Shown: positions 42,171 through 56,717 of the stretch, piece after piece
Numbering within the stretch: the stretch's first letter is position 1
Layout: every line of letters begins with the position of its first letter
Origin: Balanoglossus misakiensis
Lineage: Eukaryota; Animalia; Hemichordata
NCBI GenBank assembly: GCA_040954595.2
Contig: CM082588.2
Location: 7,920,844-7,984,843 of the forward strand
Length of the DNA: 64,000 bases
Reading direction: 5' to 3'
Notes under the pieces: generated by a model
What the model was told of the DNA's origin: nothing
The model's input: only the letters and a program-made list of their open reading frames with translations
Databases searched by the model: none
Translations under genes and position numbers: made by a program

Positions 42171-42660
42171 GATGATATCACCATTACGGACAACCATATA
42201 TTTCTTTTTGTTTATATGTACGTGCATACTAGTATTTTGCGCCAATGTCAGTGGCCTTCACATTTGAAATCGTAGCCCCAAAACATCGATTTGTTGGACT
42301 TTTCTACCCATATGATATAAAATTACGAGAAACTTCATCTGATTGTATCATTCTAACCACTTAACTTTACCACTCAAAAAATATCAAGTGAGTTTCACAT
42401 ATACATATACATGGAACTGTAAGGCCAGTCAAAATAGAAATGACGACTGTTTTCACAAGCTTCTGTTAGTTACGGTTCAGACTGCGTATTTGCGATTTGC
42501 ACACAGAGTTGGAATTTGCGCCTAGTTTTTAGCAAATGTGAACATTATAGTGTATCACCAATACTGTTCGAATTAATCTTGGAAGTGGAGATCTTCATAT
42601 ATCTGCGCCCAAGTGCTTCCAGAACTGGAGTCAAGTTGTGTTTTGTGATATCGTACAAAG

Positions 42661-43897
42661 ATGGCGACCGGTGGTGCATTTTTAACTACAGCCGAGAAGG
42701 TGAATCACGCTAGACTTTGTCGACTACTTATCGACGGCGGATCTAAAGCGGTGAGATGTGTATTTGACAACAAGATTCCACCTAATGTGCTTGCAAAAAC
42801 TCTTAACAAGCATAAGAAGTCGTTAGAGAAACTACGAGTGTTGTATAAAGGACCTAATCCGGGTCCAAAGGTTATCAGTGATGGTCAGTGGGATCTGTTA
42901 TACCCAACCCAACCCAACCTTGTCAAGTCTGAAGACTTCGACATTACATTGCTCACAGTTTTATTACGCAATATCTGTGGCCTTCGAGTGACACAGTCCT
43001 CCCCTGGTGATCTCCGTGTTGAAGCTGATGTGGCCCGAATAAAAGACTTCAGGAATAAACTTCAACACATGCCGGGCACAGCTGTCCCTGACAGCGAATT
43101 TCAATCTTTCTGGGATGACATTAGTAAAGTATTGGTACGTCTTGGCGCTAAGCAGGGAGATATCGATCAGTTGAAGACTGCGAGTATGGACCTTGCTGAG
43201 ACAGACAAATACGAACAAACTTTAAAGCACTGGGTGCTGGAAGAGAAAGTTGATAAGATATCAGAGACACAGAGTGGCCATAGCAGTACTTTGGCTGATA
43301 TCGAACAGAACCAACGGGAGAACCAACAAGAAACGACTCAACATCTTGATAAGATATCAGAGACACAGAGTGGCCATAGCAGTACTTTGGCTGATATCGA
43401 ACAGAATCAACGGGAGAACCAACAAGAAACGACTCAACATCTTGGTCAGATATCAGAGAGACAGAGTGGCCATAGCAGTACTTTGGCTGATATCGAACAG
43501 AACCAACGGGAGAACCAACAAGAAACGACTCAACATCTTGATCAGATATCAGAGACACAGAGTGGCCATAGCAGTACTTTGGCTGATATTGAACAGAACC
43601 ATCGGGAGAACCAACATGAAACGACTCAACATCTTGGTCAGATATCAGAGACACAGAGTGGCCATAGCAGTACTTTGGCTGATATCGAACAGAACCAACA
43701 AGAAACGACTCAACATCTTGGTCAGATATCAGAGACACAGAGTGGCCATAGCAGTACTTTGGCTGATATGCAACAGAATCAACGGGAGAACCAACAAGAA
43801 ACGACTCAACATCTTGGTCAGATATCAGAGACACTGGTTAACATCAAAGAAGGCCTCAAGACTTCACATACCAGTGAGTCAAGAACATGTGTTCCAG
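42661..43897 (+). CDS. NLR unit 5 exon 1, HEPN + 6 coiled-coil repeats
   Basis: RNKLQH motif; donor CCAG|GTAATA. Confidence 0.9.
43252..43815 (+). repeat. 96/84-bp coding VNTR, pattern LLLLSL
   Basis: Counted from translation. Confidence 0.95.
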
Positions 43898-44036
43898 GTA
43901 ATATTTAAGATGGAGAAGTGGAATTCATTTCTTTGGCTGAAATCTACAATCATGGTTGCTTATTTTGAAAAAAAGATTCTGTTGTACACCACCATTAAAA
44001 ATAACTTTTTCTATAAATTCTCTCCTTTATCTCAAG

Positions 44037-44168
44037 ATGCTTCCTGTGCTTGGTGCAACTGTAAGAGTGATAATCTCAAGAAGTTTATACGCTGTTGTGC
44101 AGTGATGTATTGTGGGAAAGATTGCCAGAAACAACACTGGATGAAAGGTCACAGAGAAGAATGCAAAG
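44037..44168 (+). CDS. NLR unit 5 exon 2, zf-MYND
   Basis: As unit 1; preceded by the short (~140 nt) intron form. Confidence 0.8.
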
Positions 44169-44804
44169 GTACAATTGATCATTTTCTGAACTACACGTGA
44201 CCCCACGAGATGTCACGTAGCTAAGCAATTTATATGGGAGGACATTCCCCTGGCACAGGGCAAACAATTAACATGTCCCACCATATTCAATGGCAAAAAC
44301 AATTTCCTTTTTTGTTAAACTCTGCACCTTTTCTAATTTCTTAGCTACCAACACGTTGCTATAGTAATCAACCAAGTCTCAGGAGATTTCTCAATGAGCT
44401 GGAAATCATCATTGTTAAAGTCTGAACCTATATTCTAGTTACATACCAAGCTAGATAGTATGAAAATATTCACAAACAACTTTTAGTACATGTTAGAACT
44501 TATAAAGAAGATACTGAAAATTTCCATGTTTCACACATAATGTTTGTATTCTCATGTGCAGAGCTGACACTGTCAAAAAGCTGTGGGTAATCACGACATG
44601 ACCCTGCCTATGTGGAACACAATATGTGGTTCATATACTGTACAGTAGTTGTGGCTCATAATACTTCTAGTATAGCATATGTAACCCCTGACTATATTAT
44701 ACTTAGTACAATGATGTTTTACAGCTTGTGAAAATAGTAAAACAAACAGCAATTACCTGCAATACAAAAGTCATACTATCAATATTATAATTGTTTTTCT
44801 ACAG

Positions 44805-47638
44805 ATACTTCTGCAGGGTTTGAGTGGCTTAAAGACTATCTCAAAGGATTGTACAGCCATGACTTTGACAAGTTCCAACCGTTACCATGGAATGAAAACT
44901 TCTCGCTTCATTTATCTGATGTGTATACCCGACTGAAGATGGTAGAGGTTGATGAAAGGGGTAAGATCATTGAGGACAATGAAGAAAATGACACTGTTGT
45001 TCATGAAAGTGCAATATTTGAAGCAGATCGAAATGGAGTGAGACCACGTAGAATAAGAATTGAAGGACCTCCAGCTATTGGCAAGTCAATGTTTTCACGA
45101 AAGCTGGCCTACAACTGGGCTTGTGGCAAATTAGAGCAATTTAAATTGGTCTTTCTGTTGGAAATGAGATATATGAGTCAAGAATCAATCAGAGAAACCA
45201 TATTTGATCAATTACTTCCTGATGATGCAGAAATTTCCAGAGATGAGCTTGACAAGGTTCTGAAAAGGAATGCAGATTCTGTGCTGTTCCTCTGTGATGG
45301 TTTGGATGAAATGTGTAAGGATTTCAAGGAAAGTTCCGATATTAGTCAGATTATTGCAAAGAAATTATTGCCAAGATGTACAGTAGCTATCACAACCAGG
45401 CCCCATGAATGTGACACACAGCTGAAAAACTGTGATTCACATTATCACATACAGGGCTTCACATGGAGTGATTGTTGGGAATATATCAGGAAGTATTTCA
45501 AGAATAAGTGTGAGACTGGTGAAAATTTGATCTCAAATTTAGAACAAAACCTCCAGTTTGCATGGTTGGATGATTTCCTTAGTAATCCCTTACATGTTTC
45601 ATTTCTTTGTGTACTGTGGGAGGATCATCAAGATGGTGACCATTTCCCAACTAGAGTGACAGAGTTGTATTTTGAAGTATTGCAGTGTATTTTGAAGAGG
45701 TATTGTTGCAAGACTGGAGTCAGTCTTGATGAACAAGGAGAAGTACCCGATGATATCATGGCTGATGTAAATAAACTGGCTGCCATTGCTTATAATTATC
45801 TGAAACAGGGAAAAATACTCATAAATGAGGTAGATGTGATGCCAACATGGCTCTTGTCACTAGGGTTACTTGTGCGTGATTGCGGTGTATCTCGCACAAA
45901 ACCAAAGAAAGTTTGTTTCTTCTGTCACAAAACTTGGCTGGAATATTTTGCTGCTTTACATATTGCTGAATGTGTGAAGGATACTGCTTCCTTTGATGAG
46001 TTTCAATTTTTATCTGACGACATTGACCGCAATTTCTTGGTATTTCTGACTGGCACTCTGAAGGAGAAAGCTGGTCCAGTATTTAAGGGGATTGGGATGG
46101 AGACGTGCAAGTCTGTAGGTGATGCTGACTTAACAGGCAAAATGTACCGCTATATAGCTTTCTTACATGAAAGTGTCAATTATCAAGCATTTTTCAAATT
46201 CATAGAACCCATCCTTTATGAATTTACGCGTTTCCTTAGTACTCCTTTCTATTTAATTGCAAGAACTTCTACGGTTGTCAATTCTTTGCCTTCACCATCA
46301 CCATTTATTCTAAGTGACGATTTGAATTTTCGTACATTGTATTATAAAGATAGTTACTTGATGATAATCATTGATATGCTGAAGTATAAACACTCAGGTG
46401 AAAGTAGAACCAAATTTGGTAAAATTCTTGATATAGATATAAACCAAATGCAATCATCAGAGATTTCCTATTTGGCAGAGGCACTGGAGAAGAATCTCAT
46501 TTGTCTTGAATGGCTTGTGTTGAATGTGGCTCCATCCAGTGACAAGAATCTGCTTCAGTTGGCAAAAGCTATCAGAGAAACCAAAGCGGTACAAAACATT
46601 CATATCCTTGTAGATGATGATGTTGTTGACAGCATTCCCAATGAAAAATGTAAGCAAGGCACCTCAAATAAAGAAACAGATTTGACATCACGCACTTTAA
46701 GAAACCTTATCGAAAATGCTGTGAAAAATAATCATATTGATTGTTTGTCATTGCATACAATTGACCTACATGTATCTGACCATTCACGGGAGAATATTGA
46801 TAACATTGTTCCATATAAGTCATTGAAACAGGCCAGGCACTTTCATAATGTTGTGGAAACCGAAACAAGTTTAAATAGCGTATTATTGAAAGTTGCTGAT
46901 ATGCTTGAACACTGTCAATCTACCAAGGTTTGTCATGTGATACTTGTTGATAGTGTCACATATTCTGCCATTGAGGGCAGTACTGCAAGAGCTTTGTTAA
47001 AAGCTGTTCAAAATATCAGCAAAACAATTACATCTCTTTGCTTGTTTGTCGCAATCGAAAATGTAAAGATACCTTGTGTAGTTCCATCTGGATCATTGCC
47101 AATATCTCATGTTGTGAATGAGATTGTAAACATTTTGATATCTAACACCACATTAGAGGATCTTATGTTATTTATAGAGAATGACAATGTTGATGCTGTA
47201 TCGAAGTTTATTCAATGTAATAAGTATGTCAAGTCACTGTCCTTTGCTCTGTATCAGTCCAGAATGAGCATAGACCATTTATATTCAGCTCTCTGTGCTG
47301 CTTTGAGTTCCAATACAACTCTGGAAAGCTTTGCGCTGCATTTTTGTGAGATTTGTATGCCATCTGTCAACCCTGAACTTTCCACTGAGCATAAGTATAT
47401 TAGTCAATTCATATTACCAACACATAGGTTATTGTGTGGTGGAATAACCGCATTGAAGACGATCTCATTTACTTTTCCATCATCAAGTCCAAAAGTCACG
47501 GTTGATATTGTCAATGTCATGACCGAGTATTTTAAAGGAAATGTTTCAGGGTCATACCAATACACTGTGAAGAGGCAGATCGGGTTAGGTTATCAAATGT
47601 ATTTTCACGTTCTGAAAGTATCCATCAGTGAACCCTAG
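44805..47638 (+). CDS. NLR unit 5 exon 3, NACHT + LRR-like (spliced product ~1400 aa)
   Basis: Intact frame; NACHT motifs conserved. Confidence 0.92.
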
Positions 47639-48050
47639 AGAATGCTGAATGCCACATTTGCCTAAGATGCATTCTGCTATATACATGTAGGGGAGACTCC
47701 CTGCAAAATTGTAAACTTTAGTTTTTTTTACATACACTTAATTTAAGGTACAGAAATAAAATATACCAGGTAACAGACTATACTACAAACATCAATGTTT
47801 GTACAGTTAGACAAACTGACGAGGAATTTTCAACATACTGTATCCAGATGGAAATATAATCAATTTACTAAGGACACACAAAGTGAACAAGTAAACAAAA
47901 TTTGATTTGTTCACTTTATAACAGTACTAGAATCAAAAGTCTACCACGAATTGTTTTTCTTGACCGGAACTATGACAATTTCAATAGGCTTATGAGTTCC
48001 ACAGATTTACAGGTATTATTGAATATTTGCAAGTATGTTTATAAAGCTAT

Positions 48051-48410
48051 GGCTGTGAGAAGAACAGCCACTTATAGGATGAATAATATTGTTCAACTTT
48101 CTTTGTATTTGTGTAGTCAGCATTCACTTTGTATTTGTGTGATGTATTACTTTATTTGAGAACTGGATGTTCTCCTTGCATTTGGACCTGAGGTCTTGAA
48201 ACCAGGAAATTACTATAATTATTACTGGCTGTGAGAAGAGCAGCCACTTGCCACTCATAGAGTGTATAATATTGTTCAACTTTCTTTGTATTTGTGTAGT
48301 CAGCATTCAATTTGTATTTGTGTGATGTATTAATTTATTTGAGAACTGGAAGTTCTCCTTGCATTTGGACCTGAGGTCTTCAAACGCAATAAATTACTAT
48401 TATTATTACT
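48051..48410 (+). repeat. ~185-bp 3' repeat, 2 copies
   Basis: Same unit. Confidence 0.88.
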
Positions 48411-49001
48411 AAGGACACAATTTGTATGTAAGGAAATATGCGGAGAGTAGCAGAATATTTATTTAAACCAAGTGACACACTTTTGTAAGACACATTCCTG
48501 TACAGATTCAATTTAGTTCTGTTTCTTACCTCTGTGCAAAAATGCCAACATTTTCTGGAAATTGTACAAGACTTATCAAGTTTGGAGATGGCACAACAAG
48601 AGTTGATATTTCTTAATTCTTTGTTATACATTTTTTTCTTTGCTTTATTTTTTTATTGAAATGTTTTGTCTTAATTTTTATAGGACCTGTAAATAAGACT
48701 TGTTCCAGTTGGTCTTTCTGGAAATAAATAAAGTCTGAGGAGACACCATTTCTGAAAAATCCAATTGCTTTATTTATTTATTTTTTTTGGGTTGACAAGG
48801 GAAGTACACTTGTATTGCAAAATGGTATTTTTTTGGTGCAAATTTAACGCAGAAACAGTTGACCTTGGAAATCTTCCTTTGATTTCCAACAAAGTTTCTC
48901 AAAAAACAACAGAAAATACTAGTTGTAGGTATTTGGATGTTTTCTCACATCATCTTTTAAAAATTCTCAAAAAAAAAGAGATACCATCGTATAAAACTGT
49001 G

Positions 49002-49183
49002 TTAAAGGTATACAGTCACCTCCAATTTACAAACGCCCATATATGGCTGAAATGGCATATTTGAGTGTTCTACAAGACATATGGAGGCGCTTTTTTTTTT
49101 GCGTGTGGCACCCACTGAAAATCTGTGATTGGCTAGATCTCAATTTGCCATGCAGGTAACTGTAGCTAACTGTATACCTTTAA
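49002..49183. mobile_element. TTAA-flanked MITE copy
   Basis: TTAAAGGTATACAGT...ACTGTATACCTTTAA. Confidence 0.72.
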
Positions 49184-50271
49184 TTACTTGAGCTGCCACA
49201 AGATTGCCTCAGTGTTTTTGCTAAGGCCGGGAAACATTGGTAAATGAGTTGGGAACCCTGGTAACACTTCTGCTATCTACTAATATGACTTCATTGACAT
49301 ACAAAGGGGAACTCTGGTAAAATGACTGGGGAATCCTGGTAACATTTATCTGGCTACTGCCCTTAACAAAAACACTGCACTTTCTCTGCTATTTCAGTCC
49401 AAAGAACAATTTATACACCAGGAAAAATATGTGTGTCAATTAACGTCTTAAAAATAGAAAACATTGCAAGGGTTTCCTGAGCTAGTCCCTTCTCAGGTCC
49501 AAAATGAAGTAGTGTAAATTTTTTTCTCCCAAATGGGGGACTGGTGGTGTTCATTCAGTAAAATGAAAAATAATTCTCGCTCCTCCCATCATTTGTGTAC
49601 TTGTACGCACAGTCCAACATATATATTTCAGTCTTCCGTACATCTGCAAGAGAAAAAGAAATGTATTCAAAGTCCATGAGCTGTAAGTTTATGATTTTTT
49701 GAAATTATTGAGATCTTTGTATCAAGAACAGTTTCTCCTCGACTGATTTAAACATCATGAAATGCTCACTGTTTATCAACACAGTTCATGTCTGTGCATG
49801 CCAGTCAGCATTGCATGTTTGTTTGTGAACACTTGAATTCATTTCTCCAGAAAAACTTACCACCAGTATTACTTGTACACAGACTATGATGACAAGCAGA
49901 ACACTTTTTAGCATAATGAAAATGTAGTCAAATTATAAAGCTAATGCCCAATTAAAAAGCCTTAGACCATGGCGTACACTTGAGTATTTTTATGTACATG
50001 AATGTCTCAAATAAACACAGATAGTTGGTGATAGTGATAAGTATATCATTGGTGGTTGAGTTATGTTAGTATTGACTCCACAAATACTGCAACCTAACCA
50101 ACATTACATTTCGAAAGCTTGTTGATGAGGTCATCAACATAGACATAAATAAATATGGGAAAGTACACCTCCTTAACCTAACTACATGGATATTTAGAGG
50201 AACACCGTATTAGCATTTTGACCTATCTGAAGTCAAATGCCATGAATATTTGCCGGCGAAAACGAGGTTGA

Positions 50272-50282
50272 GGGGATTCCCC
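50272..50282 (+). promoter_or_regulatory. kappaB site upstream of unit 6
   Basis: GGGGATTCCCC. Confidence 0.5.
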
Positions 50283-50743
50283 GATGATATCACCATTACG
50301 GACAACCATATATTTCTTTTTGTTTATACGTACTTGCATGCTAGTATTTTGCGCCAATGTCAGTGGCCTTCACATTTGAAATCGTAGCCCCCAAACATCG
50401 ATTTGTTGGACTTTTCTTCCCATATGATATAAAGTTACAAGAAACTTCATCTGATTGTATCATTCTAACCACTAAACTGTAGCACTCAAAATATTTCAAG
50501 TGAGTTTCACATATACATATACATGGAACGGTAAGGCCACTGTGCCAAGCCTCTGCTAGTTCAGACTGCGTGTTTGTCATTTCCACACAGAGTTGGAATT
50601 TGCGCCTGGTTTTAGCAAATGTGAACATTTTAGTGTATCACCAACACTGTTCGAGGTAATCTTGGAAGTGGAGATCTTCATATATCTGCGCCCAAGTGCT
50701 TCCAGAACTGGAGTCAAGTTGTGTTTTGTGATATCGTACAAAG

Positions 50744-51926
50744 ATGGCGACCGGTGGTGCATTTTTAACTACAGCCGAGAAGGTGAATCACGCTAGACTT
50801 TGTCGACTACTTATCGACGGTGGATCTAAAGCGGTGAGATGTGTATTTGACAACAATATTCCACCTAATGTGCTTGCAAACACCCTTAACAAGCATAAGG
50901 TGTCGTTAGAGAAACTACGAATGTCGTATAAAGGACCTAATCCAGGTCAAAAGGTTATCAGTGATGGTCAGTGGGATCTGTTATACCCAACCCAACCCAA
51001 CCATGTCAAGTCTCAATATTTCGACATTACATTGCTCACAGTTTTATTACGGAATATCTGTGGCCTTCGACATCCAAGAGATAGAGTATGGACACATCCC
51101 TCCCCTGGTGATCTCCGTGTTGAAGCTGATGTGGCCCGAATAAGAGAGTTCAGGAATAGACTACAACACATGACGGGCACAGCTGTCCCTGACAGCCAAT
51201 TTCAATCTTTCTGGGATGACATTAGTAAAGTATTGGTACGTCTTGGCGCTAAGCAGGGAGATATCGATCAGTTGAAGACTGCGAGTATGGACCTTGCTGA
51301 GACAGACAAATACGAACAAACTTTAAAGCACTGGGAAGAATCTGACATGGTGCTGGAAAAGTTCCTACAGCGTATGGAAGAGAAAATTGGTGATCAAACT
51401 CGTCAGCTTGGTCAGATATCAGAGACACAGAGTGGCCATAGCAGTACTTTGGCTGATATCGAACAGAACCAACGGGAGAACCAACAAGAAACGACTCAAC
51501 ATCTGGGTCAGATATCAGAGACACAGAGTGGCCATAGCAGTACTTTGGCTGATATCGAACAGAACCAACGGGAGAACCAACAAGAAACGACTCAACATCT
51601 TGGTCAGATATCAGAGACACAGAGTGACCATAGCAGTACTTTGGCGGATATCGAACAGAACCAACAAGAAACGACTCAACATCTTGGTCAGATATCAGAG
51701 ACACAGAGTGACCATAGCAGTACTTTGACTGATATCGAACAGAACCAACGGGAGAACCAACAAGAAACGACTCAACATCTTGGTCAGATATCAGAGACAC
51801 AGAGTGGCCATAGCAGTACTTTGGCTGATATCGAACAGAACCAACAAGAAACGATTCAACATCTGGTTGACATCAAAGAAGGCCTCAAGACTTCACATAC
51901 CAGTGAGTCAAGAACATGTGTTCCAG
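50744..51926 (+). CDS. NLR unit 6 exon 1, HEPN + 5 coiled-coil repeats
   Basis: RNRLQH motif; donor CCAG|GTAATA. Confidence 0.9.
51410..51865 (+). repeat. 96/84-bp coding VNTR, pattern LLSLS
   Basis: Counted from translation. Confidence 0.95.
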
Positions 51927-52704
51927 GTAATAATTAAGATGGAGAAGTTGAATGCATTTCTATGGCTGAAATCTACGACATTATAGCTTTTTTTATAACT
52001 TGCATAATTTTTGGTCAAACTTAATTTTTCCGTCAATTGGTCTCATAATTTATATGTGCAGATAATATTCTTATTCCAATTTGGTCAGCTGGCTTGGGCT
52101 GACCCAGGGCCAATCTGGGGTAGCTTGTTTCTCATCTCAAGTCTTACATCATAATCATACATTGCATAGACCATCAGAAGCAAGTTTTATACTTATTTTT
52201 GCAATATATGAGAATGGGAATAATCAGGAAATCAAGATAATTACAATCCCACTTTTCTGGGGGAGTCCAAAATCATGTAAGGTGGTGACATGTTGGTTTT
52301 TTGCTGCCAGTTATCTCAAAGGGACAAAGATTCTCTCTCACTGTCCCTTTTCCATTAATAATGTTTGATACATGACACTGTTTATGTTATTCTACATGTA
52401 GATACATGTGTATATAGTGAATCAACGTTCGACTGCACACAACTTCCATCCCACTTGTATGATATGAGAGCAACAAATCTCACCAAAATGGTCGAATGTT
52501 GATTCACTATATATTCAAATGTAGAATAACATAAACAGTGTTTTGTATCAAACATAATTAATGGAAAAAGGGCAGCGAGAAAGAGACTTTATGTCCCTTT
52601 AATGGATTGGCGACATCATGGTTGCTTAGTTTTAAAAAAAAAGAATCTGTTGTACACCACCATTAAAAATAACTTTTTCTATAAATTCTCTCCTTTATCT
52701 CAAG

Positions 52705-52836
52705 ATACTTCCTGTGCTTGGTGCAACTGTAAGAGTGATAATCTCAAGAAGTTTATACGCTGTTGTGCAGTGATGTATTGTGGGAAAGACTGTCAGAAAC
52801 AACACTGGATGAAAGGTCACAGAGAAGAATGCAAAG
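52705..52836 (+). CDS. NLR unit 6 exon 2, zf-MYND
   Basis: As unit 1. Confidence 0.8.
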
Positions 52837-53485
52837 GTACAATTGATCATTTTCTGAACTCCACGTGACCCCACGAGATTTCACTTAGCTAAGCAATTTA
52901 TATGGGAGGACATTCCCCTGGCACAGGGCAAACAATTAACACGTCCCACCATATTCAATGGCACAAACAATTACATTTTTGTTAAATTCTGCACTGGTTC
53001 TAGATACATTCCAAGCTTGATAGAATTACTTAGCTACCAACCTATTGCTATCATGGTAATTAACCAAGTCTCGGGAGTTTTCTCAATGAGCTGAAAATCA
53101 TCATTGTTAAACTTTGAACCTATATTCTTATCTAGTTACAAACCAAGCTAGATAGTATCAAAATATTCACAAACAACTATTGGTACAAGTAAGAACTTAA
53201 TTAAGATATTGAAAATCTCCATGTTTCACGCAAAATGTTTGTATTCTCATGTGCAGAGCTGTCTGTGAAAAAGCTGGGGGTAATCACGACATGACCCTGC
53301 CTATGTGGAACACAATATGTGGTTCATATACTACAGTAGTTGTGGGTCACAAGACTTCTAGTATACCATATGTAACCCCTGACTACATTATACTTAGTAC
53401 AATGATGTTTTACAGCTTGTGAAAATAGTAAACTAAATCTGCAATACAAAAGTCATACTATCAATATTATATTGTTTTTCTACAG

Positions 53486-56319
53486 ATACTTCTGCAGGGT
53501 TTGAGTGGCTTAAAGACTATCTCAAAGAATTGTACAGCCATGACTTTGACAAGTTCCAACCGTTGCCATGGAATGAAAACTTCTCACTCCATTTATCTGA
53601 TGTGTATACCCGACTGAAGATGGTAGAGGTTTATGAAAGGGGTAAGATCATTGATGACAATGAAGAAAATGACACTGTTGTTCATGAGAGTGCAATATTT
53701 GAAGCAGATAGAAAAGGAGTGAGACCATGTAGAATAAGAATTGAAGGACCTCCAGCTATTGGCAAGTCAATGTTTAGTAGAAAACTGGCCTACAACTGGG
53801 CTTGTGGAAAATTAGAGCAATTTAAATTAGTCTTTCTGTTGGAAATGAGATATATGAGTAAAGAATCAATCATAGAAACCATATTTGATCAATTACTTCC
53901 TGATGATGCAGAAATTTCCAGAGATGAGCTTGACAAGGTTCTGAAAAGGAATGCAGATTCTGTGCTGTTCCTCTGTGATGGTTTGGATGAAATGTGTAAG
54001 GATTTCAAGGAAAGTTCCAATATAAGTCAGATTATTGCAAAGAAATTATTGCCAAGATGTACAGTAGCTATCACAACCAGGCCCCATGAATGTGACACAC
54101 AGCTGAAAAACTGTGATTCACATTATCACATACAGGGCTTCACAATGAGTGATTGTGTGGAATATATCAGGAAGTACTTCAAGCATGAGTCTGAGACTGG
54201 TATAAAATTAATCCGAAATTTAGTACAAAATCTCCGGTTTAAATGGATGGATGCTTTCCTTAGTAATCCCTTACATGTTTCATTTCTTTGTGTACTGTGG
54301 GAGGATCATCAAGATGGTGACCATTTCCCAACTAGAGTGACAGAGTTGTATTTTGAAGTATTGCAGTGTATTTTGAAGAGGTATTGTTCCAAGACTGGAG
54401 TCAGTCTTGATGAACAGGGAGAAGTACCCATTGATATCATGGCTGATGTAAATAAACTGGCTGCCATTGCTTATAATTATCTGAAACAGGGAAAAATACT
54501 CATAAATGAGGTAGATGTGATGCCAACATGGCTCTTGTCACTAGGGTTACTTGTGCGTGATTGCGGTGTATCTCGCACAAAACCAAAGAAAGTTTGTTTC
54601 TTCTGTCACAAAACTTGGCTGGAATATTTTGCTGCTTTACATATTGCTGAATGTGTGAAGGATACTGCTTCCTTTGATGAGTTTCAATTTCTATCTGACG
54701 ACATTGACCGCAATTTCCAAGTCTTTGTATTTCTGACTGGGACTCTGAAGGAGACAGCTGGTCCAGTATTTAAGGAAATTGGGATGCAGACGTGCAAGTC
54801 TGCAGATGATGCTAACTTAATAGGCAAAATGAACCGCTATATAGATTTCTTACTTCAAAGTGTCAATTATCATGCATTTTTGAAATTCATAGAACCCATC
54901 CTTTATCAATTAACGCGTTTCATTTGTAATACTTTATTTTATCTTAGAATAAGACCTTCTAGGGTTGTCAATTCTTTGTCTTCACCATCACCATCACCAT
55001 ATATTCTAAGTGACGATGTGAATTTTCATACATTGTGTTATGGAGATAGGTACTTGATGATAATCATTGATATGCTGAAGTATAAACACTCACATGAAAG
55101 TAGACCTAAATGTGATAACAATCTCCAGTTAGATATAAACAAAATGAAATCATCACAGATTTCCTATTTGGCAGAGGCACTGGAGAAGAATCTTATTTCT
55201 CTTGAATGGCTTGTGTTGTATGTGACTCTATCCAGTGGCAAGGATCTGCTTCAGTTGGCAAAAGCTATCAGAGAAACCAATGCGGTACAAAACATTCATA
55301 TCGTTGTAAGTGATGATAGGGATAATGTTGTTGACAGCACTCCCAATGAAAAATGTAAGCAAGGCACCTCAAATAAAGAAACAGATTTGACATCACGCAC
55401 TTTAAGAAACCTTATTGAAAATGCTGTGAAAAATGAGCATATTGATTGTTTGTCATTGCTTACAGTTGACCTGTCTGACGATCAATGGGAGAATATTGAA
55501 AACATTGTTCCATATAAGTCATTGAAACAGGCCAGGCACTTTCATAATTTTGTGGAAACCGAAACAGGTGTAAATAGCGTATTATTGAAAGTTGCTGATA
55601 TGCTTGAACACTGTCAATCTACCAAGGTTTGTCATTTTGTACTTTTTGAGAATTTCACATATTCTGTCATTGAGGGCAGTACTGCAAGAGCTTTGTTCAA
55701 AGCTGTTCAAAATATCAGCAAAACAATTAAATCTCTTAGCTTGATTGTCACATCAGAATTTGAAAGTATACATTTATCTGATGTTGTGAATAAGATTTTA
55801 CACATTTTGATATATAACACCACATTAGAGGATCTTAAGTTATTTATAGAGAATGACAATGTTGATGCTGTATTGAAGTTTATTCAATGTAATAAGTATG
55901 TCAAGTCACTGTCCTTTGCTCTGTATCAGCCCGGAATGAGCATAGACCATTTATGTTCAGCTCTCTGTGCTGCTTTGAGTTCCAATACAACTCTGGAAAG
56001 CTTTGCGCTGGAGTTTTGTTATGAGTTTGATATAGTTCATAGTAACCCTGAACTTTCCACTGAGCATAAGTATATTAGTCAATTGATTTTACCAACACAT
56101 AGATTATTGTGTGATGGAAAAACTGCATTGAAGACGATTTTATTTACTTTTCCATCATTTAGTCCAGAACGCAGGGATGATATTGTCAATGTCATGACCG
56201 AGTATTTTAAAGGAAATGTTTCAGGGTCATACCAATACCCGTACACTGTGAAGAGGTCGATCAATTTTTTTTATGACATGTATATTCACACTCTTAAAGT
56301 ATCCATCAGTGGACCCTAG
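53486..56319 (+). CDS. NLR unit 6 exon 3, NACHT + LRR-like (spliced product ~1382 aa)
   Basis: Intact frame; NACHT motifs conserved. Confidence 0.92.
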
Positions 56320-56717
56320 AGAATTATAAATGCCACATTTGCATAAGATGCATTCTGCTATATAGGGGAAACTCCATGAAAAATTGTAAACTTTACATAT
56401 TTTTTTACATACACTTACCTGGTAATAAAATATACCAGGTAACAGACTATACTACAGACATCAATACTTGCACAGTTAGACAAACTGACGAGGAATTTTC
56501 AATATACTGTATCCAGATGGAAATATAACCAATTTACTAAGGACACAAAGTGAACAAATAAACAGAATTTGATTTGTTCACTTTATAACAGTACTATAAT
56601 CAAATATTTACCATGAAGTGGTTTTCTTGACCGGAACTATGACAAATTCAAAAGGCTTATGAGTTCCACAGATTTACGGGTATTATTGAATATTTGCAAG
56701 TATGTTTATAAAGCTAT

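Noticed and set aside
43250-44200. 316-aa ORF fusing an alternative repeat frame to MYND
   Set aside because: Chance read-through created by the intron 1 deletion in unit 5; not present in other units, and normal splice sites are intact
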